This document shows, piece after piece, positions 35,413 to 43,182 of a DNA stretch of 51,484 nucleotides; position 1 is the first letter of the stretch; each line of letters starts with the position of its first letter. Origin of the DNA: a virus. Its lineage: Duplodnaviria; Caudoviricetes. The DNA is taken from IMG/VR virus record IMGVR_UViG_3300048558_000096, positions 1 through 51,484 of that record; one strand, written 5' to 3'. The notes under the pieces were generated by a model that was not told the DNA's origin, ran no database searches, and saw only the letters and a program-made list of their open reading frames with translations. A program made the translations under genes and the position numbers.

Positions 35413-36496
35413 GCATCGCGGTATAAATACGCGCGTCCTGATTGATGGCTACGATTTTTCGAACTACTTCAAGACCTTCCAGGGTGATGCAATGGTCAAT
35501 GCTCTGGACGCGACCGGCTTTCTCGCGACCAATAAGGAATACCTGGTTGACGGCTTTCAGGACGGCAAGGTTTCGCTGGAAGGGTTCTATGCCCGCGATC
35601 AGGAAACGCCTGATCAGGTGGATAACATCTTGCGCTCAGCACTCGGGAGCGCTACCAAAAAAGTCGTGACGATTGCACCTGTCAATTCGGACACGCTTGG
35701 CAATTACTGCTTTCTTGTCTCTGCCGATCAATCCAAGCTGACCGTCAAGGATCAGCACAGCAATCTCATTATGGAGATGGTGGACTTCCTCTCTTCATCG
35801 GGATTGGAGTCGGGCGTCATCCTGCAGCCGGTCGCGGCTCTGACTGCTACCGGCAACGGAACTGCCGTGGACAACGCCGCGGCCACAAACAATGGCGGCG
35901 CGGGCCATCTCCACGTTACCGCCGCGTCCGGCACGACGCCGACCCTGAACGGAAAGATTCAGCACAGCGTTGACGGCTCAACTTGGGTGGATCTGATTAC
36001 GTTTGCGCAAAAGACGACCGTCGGCGCAGAGCGCATCGAGACGGCGGGTCTTTCTGTCGCCCAAGTTGAAACCGCCACAGTCGGCGGTGCGGCAACGGCC
36101 AGCGCGAACGTGATTGTTACAGTGACTGGTGCTGGTATTGCCGGCAGTCCATTGGCGACGAATGTGGCTGTTGCAAACCTCGACTCCGCTGCAACTATTG
36201 GTGGACTGATTCGTGCTGCACTGAATGGAGTGTCTGCAATCACCGCTCTCTATACCGTCGGCGGAAGCGGCGCAAATTACACATTGACACGCATCGTTCC
36301 AGCGGCCAACGACGCCACGCTTAACATCGCCCTTGACGGCGCGACCAACAGCACGGGCGTCCCGGATGCGGCAAGCTCGGCAAATACCACGGCAGGCGTG
36401 GCCGCGCGCAGCATCTACCGCTACCTACGATTTATTCGCACCATCGGCGGCACTACGCCGTCATTCACTGCCACCGTCGCGTTCGCGCGGCACTGA
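35405..36496 (+). CDS. Tail tube-like protein with C-terminal decoration domains
   Basis: N-terminus similar to the next gene (D.T.F...NKEYLV.GF.DGK.S..GFY); Ala/Thr/Gly-rich C-terminal half. Confidence 0.7.
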   Translation: MAKHRGINTRVLIDGYDFSNYFKTFQGDAMVNALDATGFLATNKEYLVDGFQDGKVSLEGFYARDQETPDQVDNILRSALGSATKKVVTIAPVNSDTLGNYCFLVSADQSKLTVKDQHSNLIMEMVDFLSSSGLESGVILQPVAALTATGNGTAVDNAAATNNGGAGHLHVTAASGTTPTLNGKIQHSVDGSTWVDLITFAQKTTVGAERIETAGLSVAQVETATVGGAATASANVIVTVTGAGIAGSPLATNVAVANLDSAATIGGLIRAALNGVSAITALYTVGGSGANYTLTRIVPAANDATLNIALDGATNSTGVPDAASSANTTAGVAARSIYRYLRFIRTIGGTTPSFTATVAFARH

Positions 36497-36514
36497 TTCA
36501 AGGAGTAAGAGGCA

Positions 36515-36937
36515 ATGGCCAAGAAACGCGGCATTTTAACTGACTTCCGTCTTGACGATAACGCTGGAAGCCTGACCGACATTTCCCAGCAATGTGACAG
36601 CGTGGACCTGTCGAACGATGTGGAATCGTTCGACGTGACCACCTTCCAGAGCGCCAACAAGGAATACCTGGTGGGCTTCAGTGACGGCAAAATTTCTTTC
36701 AGCGGCTTCTACGACGGGACGCTGATTGCGCACCTGATGGGGCTTATAACCACGTCAGGCAGTGGTGCATCACGAAGCTTCCAATGGGGGCCGGAAGGTT
36801 CAACGACCGGATTGCCGAAGTTTACTGGCGAGGGCTTCCTGACGAGCTTCAAGCCGTCGAGCAAAGTGAACGAACCGAACAAGTTCACGGCGGAGCTTCA
36901 GATTACCGGCGCAATCACCGTCGGTACCTACGCCTAA
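36515..36937 (+). CDS. Major tail tube protein
   Basis: DVTTF..KEYLVGFSDG..GPEG..G..KFTGE..FTAELQITGAIT. Confidence 0.8.
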   Translation: MAKKRGILTDFRLDDNAGSLTDISQQCDSVDLSNDVESFDVTTFQSANKEYLVGFSDGKISFSGFYDGTLIAHLMGLITTSGSGASRSFQWGPEGSTTGLPKFTGEGFLTSFKPSSKVNEPNKFTAELQITGAITVGTYA

Positions 36938-36966
36938 CCTGGGCACTCTTTCCATTTCTCACTTTC

Positions 36967-36996
36967 GCCCGGCTGGGCAACTGGCCGGGCATTTTT
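36967..36996 (+). terminator. Intrinsic terminator after the tail tube gene
   Basis: GCCCGGCTGG-GCAA-CTGGCCGGGC followed by ATTTTT. Confidence 0.7.
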
Positions 36997-37044
36997 AACA
37001 CGCATAGTGCGGACATCTGCACTGGCAAAAGAAAGGTTAAAACC

Positions 37045-37419
37045 ATGCCTTTGAATTTAGCCGCGCTCGCGGACAAAAAAGCCGACTTGAAGTTTGATTT
37101 CGCGGGCGACGTTGTTCGCATCGAGTATTACCCGCACAAGGTCACACCGAATTACATGGCGCGTTTGCAGGCACTGGGAAGCGCACCTGAATCGGACGAC
37201 GACGAAGATGGTCCAGCGAAGGAAGATGCGCCCAACGCTGATGCCAAGATGGTCAGTGAAATCCTTGTCGGCTGGGACGTGGTTGGCCACAACGACGAAC
37301 CCTACCCGCCAACGTATGAAAACCTGCTGGCCGCCCCGCAGGCGCTCGTTTCCCGCGTGGCAATGGAGATCGTTGCGGCATTGGGAAAATTAGCGCAGCC
37401 GAAAACATCGCGGAAGTAG
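37045..37419 (+). CDS. Tail assembly chaperone (gpG-like)
   Basis: Between tube and tape measure; ends L-G-K at a slippery site. Confidence 0.8.
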   Translation: MPLNLAALADKKADLKFDFAGDVVRIEYYPHKVTPNYMARLQALGSAPESDDDEDGPAKEDAPNADAKMVSEILVGWDVVGHNDEPYPPTYENLLAAPQALVSRVAMEIVAALGKLAQPKTSRK

Positions 37420-37643
37420 CTTCTTTCCTCGCCACGCAAGGCGAGGTGGGCGATTGCCCGGAAGAGTACAAACTGTTTCGCGCTGCAAGGTATTTGGGTG
37501 TGCCGCCGTGGAAGCTCGCCAAACGATCTGTCGTGTGGCTAGAGTGGGCCGTTCTGTTCGACCAGGCTGAAATCCAGGCATCGAAGATCGAAGCCAAGAC
37601 AGAAGAGACGCGAGCGGAACATCAGAAGAAGAGGTTTCAATAG
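37383..37643 (+). CDS. gpT-like extension reached by -1 programmed frameshift at G GGA AAA
   Basis: The -1 frame is open from 37383 (ISAAENIAEVASF..RAARYLGVPPWKL) to 37643. Confidence 0.8.
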   Translation, partial: GKISAAENIAEVASFLATQGEVGDCPEEYKLFRAARYLGVPPWKLAKRSVVWLEWAVLFDQAEIQASKIEAKTEETRAEHQKKRFQ

Positions 37644-37684
37644 GGTGTCATTTCAAATGACATCATTTGAAATGGCACCCTATT
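37639..37684. repeat. 22-bp-arm palindrome between convergent genes
   Basis: AATAGGGTGTCATTTCAAATGA-CA-TCATTTGAAATGGCACCCTATT, one T-G mismatch. Confidence 0.85.
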
Positions 37685-37721
37685 TATCATCATCATCACA
37701 GCATAAAGCGCTTCGTCGCAA

Positions 37722-38114
37722 TTAGCGCCGCGCGTATCGTTTCTTCGACCACTCTTTTGCATGCGACTGAATAATGATTTCGAGCGCGTAAGTCACCGTT
37801 CTACTTGATAAGCTGGAAACCTCTATTTCATAGTCGCCGCCTTCAAAGAGTTCTTGCTGAGACTTGCTGACAATCTTTCCTCCCTCAAGCGGGCCTTCAG
37901 GCCCAGACAGCCTAAAGCCAGCACCTTTAGTGATAGACAGGCTCATTTTCTGCCCTTTCTTAGCTCCAACAATATAAGTTTTTTGACTACTGCCATTAAC
38001 TGTGCCCTTAACGACGGCTGAAGAGCGTCCACGTTGAAATTTTACGCGCTCTGTTGACTGTAAAGCCTCACCGTTGCAGAGCAATGCAATTAGAAGAAGA
38101 GTGGCGACTTTCAC
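37722..38114 (-). CDS. Secreted PliG-like protein (putative g-type lysozyme inhibitor)
   Basis: Signal peptide; VKFQRGRSSA..G.V.G....TY...AKKGQKMSLSI..L.GP..GDYEIEV..Y.LEI.I resembles recalled E. coli PliG; GGAGGA RBS. Confidence 0.7.
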   Translation of the reverse strand: MKVATLLLIALLCNGEALQSTERVKFQRGRSSAVVKGTVNGSSQKTYIVGAKKGQKMSLSITKGAGFRLSGPEGPLEGGKIVSKSQQELFEGGDYEIEVSSLSSRTVTYALEIIIQSHAKEWSKKRYARR

Positions 38115-38160
38115 GGGTGAACTCCTCCGGTCTTTAGTTTCTGGAATAGATGGCGGCAGG

Positions 38161-38189
38161 ATTCTGTGGCGCGTCCTGTCGGGAGTCAA
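38161..38189 (-). promoter_or_regulatory. sigma70 promoter for the PliG-like gene
   Basis: TTGACT-17 bp-CAGAAT on the minus strand. Confidence 0.7.
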
Positions 38190-38194
38190 GTCGC

Positions 38195-38225
38195 CAAAAT
38201 TAACCCTCGCCATCGTGTAAAACCT
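38195..38225 (+). promoter_or_regulatory. Late-type promoter copy 6 (tape measure)
   Basis: CAAAAT-17 bp-TAAAAC(CT); same 33-nt distance to ATG as copy 4. Confidence 0.5.
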
Positions 38226-38232
38226 CAGCACG

Positions 38233-41200
38233 ATGGCAGTAAACGTATACGAACTTCAGGGTGTGGTGGACGTGCAGACCGGCAAGGCTGAAGCCGGCCT
38301 AAAGCGCGTTGACGCCGCTGCGCGCAATACCACAAAAGAACTGAATCAGATTGGGAGCGGGGCGGCGAAGTCGCAATCCGTCTTCAGCAGCTTTAGTTCG
38401 CGCGCCGTCTCTGCTATCAGCGCAATCGGTGCTGCCGCCCGCAAGTATCGCAAAGACCTGGACGATTTCCATGAAGGGATCAGTCGACTTCAAGGCGCAG
38501 CATCCGGACTGCGAAGCTTCGGCACGGCGCTTTCTGCTGCCATCACTGCGCCGCTGGTTGCTGCTGGCGTCCTGGCCACAAAGACCGCCGCCGATCTCGA
38601 AAGCGAAATCGCCAACATCAAATCCATCAAGCCGGACCTTGACGCGAGCAAGCTGTTTTCGACGCTGAACGAGATGCAGACGCGCGTGCCTCAGACTAGC
38701 AAACAGCTTGCGGCGGGCGTCTACAACATCTTTTCAAGTCTCGACAATATCAGTCAGGAAGGCGCGACGAAGCTAGTTGAGAATTTCGCTAAAGGTGCTA
38801 CCGCTGCTCGCACCGACACAGAGACTTTCGGCACAGCCGTTATCGGCGTGATGAACGCCTACAAGATGTCCGTGGACGATGCTGGGCACATCTCCGACGT
38901 GTTTTTCAACACAGTAAAAAGCGGTGTTGTGACCGGCTCGGAACTGGCCAGCGAGCTGGGTAACGTTGCTCAACAGGCCAAGCAGGCGGGCGTTGCGTTT
39001 GATGACCTGGGCGGAATGATTGTCGCGGCCACAAAAGAGGGCGGGCCGGCAGCGCAGAATATCAACAACCTGTCTAACCTTTTCGCCAAGATCACGACCA
39101 CGGACGCACAAAAGAAACTGAACGCCATCGGTGTGGCGACCACTACGGCCACCGGCGAGTTTCGGCCAATGATTTCCGTACTGGGTGACTTCAAAGCAAA
39201 GCTCGATCAGTTGAGCGGATCGAATCGCGCGGGGCTGTTGAACGAAATCTTCCCCGACCTGCAAGCGCGCACCGGCTTGAACACGCTCATTAGCCAGCTT
39301 GACACAGTGAAGAGCGCGTCAGCAGAGAACAAGAGCGGCAAAGGCGGCTCGGCCACTAGCGCGTTTGAAACGCAGGCCAAGACGTTCAACGCGCAAGCTG
39401 CACTTCTGAAAAATACCGTCGTGGCCATCATGACAGAGATCGGCGCGGCTATTCTGCCTGCCGTTACGCCCGCGGTGGTTGCGCTCAAGGACAGGATCGG
39501 CCCGGCGATTGTGTACGTGCGGAACCTGTTTCAAACGATGTCACCAGCAGTCAAGACGGCGCTGGTGGTATTCGCTGCCATTGCTGCCGCTGCCGGGCCA
39601 GTGCTTGTGGTCTTGGGAACGATTGGCGGCGCAATTTTAAGTGTGGCGAGTTCGATCACTACGCTCGGCGGACTGTCTGCGATTGGCACTGCCATTGGAG
39701 CGGCAGCCGGGCCTATCGGATGGGTCTTACTGGCCATTGCTGCGCTGGCCGCCGGAGCCTATGGATTGTACAAGGCTTGGCAAAGCAACTTCGGCGGCAT
39801 TCGCGACACTACCGCGCGCGTGATGGCTTCGATCAAGGCGGCAATTGAGCCTGCACTATCTGCAATCTCGGCATTCTGGTCGCGGCATGGCGCACGGATA
39901 ATGCAGATCGTGAGTGCGTGGTGGGAGCATGTGAAGAAGCAATTTGAGGCGGGATTCCGGTTTGTAATCAACCTTGTTGGCGGCGCGATTCAGTTCCTTG
40001 TGGGCGATTGGGATGGCGCGATGAAGAGTTTTGGGCTTGCGGGGCAGGCAGGAGTTGATCTTTTCAGGAATTCGTTCAGCCAGATACAGAGCGTGATTGG
40101 CGATTCGGCGGCATCAGCCATCTCTGCCGCAGTTGATTTGGGCGCTTCAATTGGCTCGGCGCTGGTGGACGCTTTAATGAGTCCACTTGGCGGATTGGGC
40201 GGGAAGATCGCGGACGGCCTGAAAGGCGCTCATGACGCGGCAAAGAATGTATTCAATCCCTTTGCTTCGTCTGCGCCTGCGCCTGCCGCTGCTGCGCCGA
40301 AGGCTGCTGCTGCGCCTAAGCCCGGTACATTCGGCGGCACGGGCAGGAAGTCCGACGATTGGCGGAATGCCTTCGCCGTTGATCGTCCGGCTACCGTAAC
40401 AACCACTGCGCCGCCACCTGCCGCTAACAGTTCGCGTGCAAATGCTGGTGCTGTCGCGTCTGTTTATCGAAAGCAATTCGAGACAGCCAATCAGCAAGGC
40501 TTCACCGACGCCTTTAAGAAAGCGTCCGCAAAAACAGGATTCTCCGCTGACCTGCTAATGGCTATTGGTTCGCGTGAAACCAATATGAAAAACATCCTCG
40601 GCGACGTTGATCGTAACGGCGTCGCGCATGGCGCTGGTCTGATGCAGGTAGACATCGGCACGGATAAGGCATTCAAGACTTCCGGCGCGTGGAAAGATTT
40701 TGACAAATCAATCATGCGCGGCGCGGAGATTTTGAAAGAAAAGTTTGATTGGTTGACGAATAACGCCGGGAAGACGGCGAGCGTCAAGGGTAACAAGTTC
40801 GTTGTTCCAAAGCTTGAAGGTGAAGAAAAACTGAAGACTGCTGTCGCTATGTACAACAGCGGAGTTTGGGCACCGTACCACGTCAGCAAGGGTCGAAGCG
40901 CTGATTATGGGACTACCGGCAAGGACTACAGCGCGGACGTACTCAAGAGGCAGCAGGCATTCAGTACACTGCTGGGCAACAGCAGTGCGACGTTTGAAGC
41001 GACAGGAAATGCCGCACAGCAGGCTGCGCCGAAGATTGACAGCCTCGCGGTCAGTATCGGTGCGCTCGGCAATGCAGCCGTTGAGCAGCCGAAGAAGCGT
41101 CCAAGAATAGGCGGCGTGACATACGGCGGCGATGGTGCGACTGCAAGGCCGTTCACGGGCCGGATCGAAATCAAGGCGGCGGCGGATCAGATAGCAATGC

Positions 41201-42783
41201 CAAGCATTGCTCCAATTCCCACTCAAATACCCACGCAGACGGCAGCAGCAATGGACACAATGGCGACCTCAACTGCCAAGGTTGCGCCAGCGGCGACGGC
41301 GGCAACCAGCGCCACTGCCGCGAACGCAAGCCAGAACGTCGCTTCTGGTAAGGCCATCGGAGCCAATACAGAGAAACTGATTGATTGGGAAAGGAAGATG
41401 AAGAGCATGACCGCTCAGATGAAAACCTGGGCGGATGCACAGGAAGAAGCCAATCAAAAGATTGCTGAGTCTATGAGCGGTGCGGGCAGATTCGACCGAT
41501 TCCAGGCATTCAACGAGCAGATCGGCAATACCTTCGACTCCTTCATTGATTCGATGATGGACGGCAATGCCAAGTTCTCAGACCTGGGCAAGTCTCTCTT
41601 CAAGGACATTTTCAAAGGGCTGACACAAGAGTTGATGCTGAATGCGACCGGCGGTAAATACAAATCCATCGGCGGCGCAATCGGTGGCGGCATTGGCTCG
41701 ATTTTTCGCGGGGCGTTCGGCGGGCAAGGAGGCGCGGCGACTCAGTCCGGCGTGTCCGCATCGTCCGGCGGTGGAATTGTGGACAACGCAATTAAATCCG
41801 CTGGCGGCGGTGGCGGCGGCGCAGGTCTTGGCGATCTAGGTAGCGGTGCGGCGTCGGGCGGCAGTGTGATTGATAAAGCAACTGGCGCGTTCGACACAGC
41901 CAAGGGCGTCGGCGGGATGTTCAAACAGGGCGGGATGCTCAGCAAATTGCCCGGCGTCGGCAAGCTTGGCGGCTTCCTGGGCAAGATCCCGGGACTGTCG
42001 AAGCTGGGCGGGCTGTTTGGCTTTGGCGGCGGCGGCGGAGCTGCTGCTGGGGCCGCTGGTGCTGCCGGTAGCGCAAGCGGGATGAGTGGCATTCTCGCCG
42101 CTGCTGGCGGGCCTGTCGGCATTGGTATAGCGGCGGCGATGATGATCGGGATGCCACTGATGAAGAAGCTGTTTAGTCACGATTATCTCAAAGACTACAA
42201 AAAGCTCGTCAAGGGCGAATACGGTATCTCGATTTCCGATCAAATGGCCGGAAAAATCATGCAGATCGGCCAGTCGAAGTTCGGTAACGAATGGACAAAG
42301 AGAGAAATCGAAACCGTCAGATTGCAGGAAACGAGAGATATGTTGGCCGAGTACGCCGGCGCTTTCCAGAAGGGCGGCAACGGCAAGCTCTTCGATTCAC
42401 GGATGTGGTCCGATCAGTTCTCAGCCGTCAATCAAATCAAGGTGGGTATGCGTGCGATGGGCGGGCCGGTCAGCGCCGGCGGCGCGTATATCGTCGGCGA
42501 ACGCCGGCCGGAGCTGTTCATTCCGCAAACGTCCGGGCGCGTGGTTCCGAATCTGGACGGACTGAGCAGCGGCCGCGGCGGCAGTCAATCCGATCCTGAA
42601 ATGCGGGGCTTAATGCAAGGCATCCTGGAGCACCTATCGCGGTTAAAGCAGGCCGATGTAGGCGCGATCTACGAGATGGGCGCGAAACAACGTCCGGGCG
42701 TGGCCCGCCGGGATGTGGAAGACGGCATGCGGAATGACCATGAATTCAGAAAGACGATGCGAGATGGAGTTGTCGGGCGCTGA
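38233..42783 (+). CDS. Tape measure protein with internal goose-type lysozyme domain
   Basis: 1516 aa; TP901-like core, amphipathic repeats, SRET..GLMQVD..YNSG..DYGTTGKDYSADV at about 40500-40970, C-terminal RAMGGPV..YIVGERRPELF. Confidence 0.93.
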   Translation: MAVNVYELQGVVDVQTGKAEAGLKRVDAAARNTTKELNQIGSGAAKSQSVFSSFSSRAVSAISAIGAAARKYRKDLDDFHEGISRLQGAASGLRSFGTALSAAITAPLVAAGVLATKTAADLESEIANIKSIKPDLDASKLFSTLNEMQTRVPQTSKQLAAGVYNIFSSLDNISQEGATKLVENFAKGATAARTDTETFGTAVIGVMNAYKMSVDDAGHISDVFFNTVKSGVVTGSELASELGNVAQQAKQAGVAFDDLGGMIVAATKEGGPAAQNINNLSNLFAKITTTDAQKKLNAIGVATTTATGEFRPMISVLGDFKAKLDQLSGSNRAGLLNEIFPDLQARTGLNTLISQLDTVKSASAENKSGKGGSATSAFETQAKTFNAQAALLKNTVVAIMTEIGAAILPAVTPAVVALKDRIGPAIVYVRNLFQTMSPAVKTALVVFAAIAAAAGPVLVVLGTIGGAILSVASSITTLGGLSAIGTAIGAAAGPIGWVLLAIAALAAGAYGLYKAWQSNFGGIRDTTARVMASIKAAIEPALSAISAFWSRHGARIMQIVSAWWEHVKKQFEAGFRFVINLVGGAIQFLVGDWDGAMKSFGLAGQAGVDLFRNSFSQIQSVIGDSAASAISAAVDLGASIGSALVDALMSPLGGLGGKIADGLKGAHDAAKNVFNPFASSAPAPAAAAPKAAAAPKPGTFGGTGRKSDDWRNAFAVDRPATVTTTAPPPAANSSRANAGAVASVYRKQFETANQQGFTDAFKKASAKTGFSADLLMAIGSRETNMKNILGDVDRNGVAHGAGLMQVDIGTDKAFKTSGAWKDFDKSIMRGAEILKEKFDWLTNNAGKTASVKGNKFVVPKLEGEEKLKTAVAMYNSGVWAPYHVSKGRSADYGTTGKDYSADVLKRQQAFSTLLGNSSATFEATGNAAQQAAPKIDSLAVSIGALGNAAVEQPKKRPRIGGVTYGGDGATARPFTGRIEIKAAADQIAMPSIAPIPTQIPTQTAAAMDTMATSTAKVAPAATAATSATAANASQNVASGKAIGANTEKLIDWERKMKSMTAQMKTWADAQEEANQKIAESMSGAGRFDRFQAFNEQIGNTFDSFIDSMMDGNAKFSDLGKSLFKDIFKGLTQELMLNATGGKYKSIGGAIGGGIGSIFRGAFGGQGGAATQSGVSASSGGGIVDNAIKSAGGGGGGAGLGDLGSGAASGGSVIDKATGAFDTAKGVGGMFKQGGMLSKLPGVGKLGGFLGKIPGLSKLGGLFGFGGGGGAAAGAAGAAGSASGMSGILAAAGGPVGIGIAAAMMIGMPLMKKLFSHDYLKDYKKLVKGEYGISISDQMAGKIMQIGQSKFGNEWTKREIETVRLQETRDMLAEYAGAFQKGGNGKLFDSRMWSDQFSAVNQIKVGMRAMGGPVSAGGAYIVGERRPELFIPQTSGRVVPNLDGLSSGRGGSQSDPEMRGLMQGILEHLSRLKQADVGAIYEMGAKQRPGVARRDVEDGMRNDHEFRKTMRDGVVGR

Positions 42784-42786
42784 TCT

Positions 42787-43182
42787 ATGCCAACGCAAAC
42801 TTTTCAGTTAATCGGTCAAATCGGCTCGTCAGGCCGCAAGGCCGTCGCGCGTCTGCGCTGGAACTTCGGCGATGGCCATGAATTTGGCGCAGTCGTCGGC
42901 CACAGTGAAGGGCAGGAGTTTGTCAGCATCGTATTCAATGCGCTCAGTGACCGCGCTGCCCAAAACATCACCGACCCGGAAGACATGGTCAGCAAGACGC
43001 CGATGGAATACGCGCTGGATTTCTTCCTGCGCCGAGAGCAGGACGGGGAAGCGTTCGAGGTAACGACTACTCGCGGCGCGACGCTGCTGGTTTATCTCGA
43101 TGAAGATGAAATCAGTTGGGATATGATCAGTAAGAACGCCCACAAGAGCGGCATCAAATGCCGCCAGGCGCGCACGTCGTAA
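42787..43182 (+). CDS. Distal tail-like protein
   Basis: Position after the tape measure; FGDG.E motif. Confidence 0.6.
   Translation: MPTQTFQLIGQIGSSGRKAVARLRWNFGDGHEFGAVVGHSEGQEFVSIVFNALSDRAAQNITDPEDMVSKTPMEYALDFFLRREQDGEAFEVTTTRGATLLVYLDEDEISWDMISKNAHKSGIKCRQARTS

Noticed and set aside
36962-36973. CTTTCGCCCGGC matching part of the sRNA 1/2 hairpin
   Set aside because: It overlaps the ordinary tail-tube terminator and has no promoter or stem-loop unit; likely coincidence
41650-42140. Gly/Ala-rich repeats in the tape measure as a separate repeat element
   Set aside because: Low-complexity membrane-interacting segment common in tape measure C-termini
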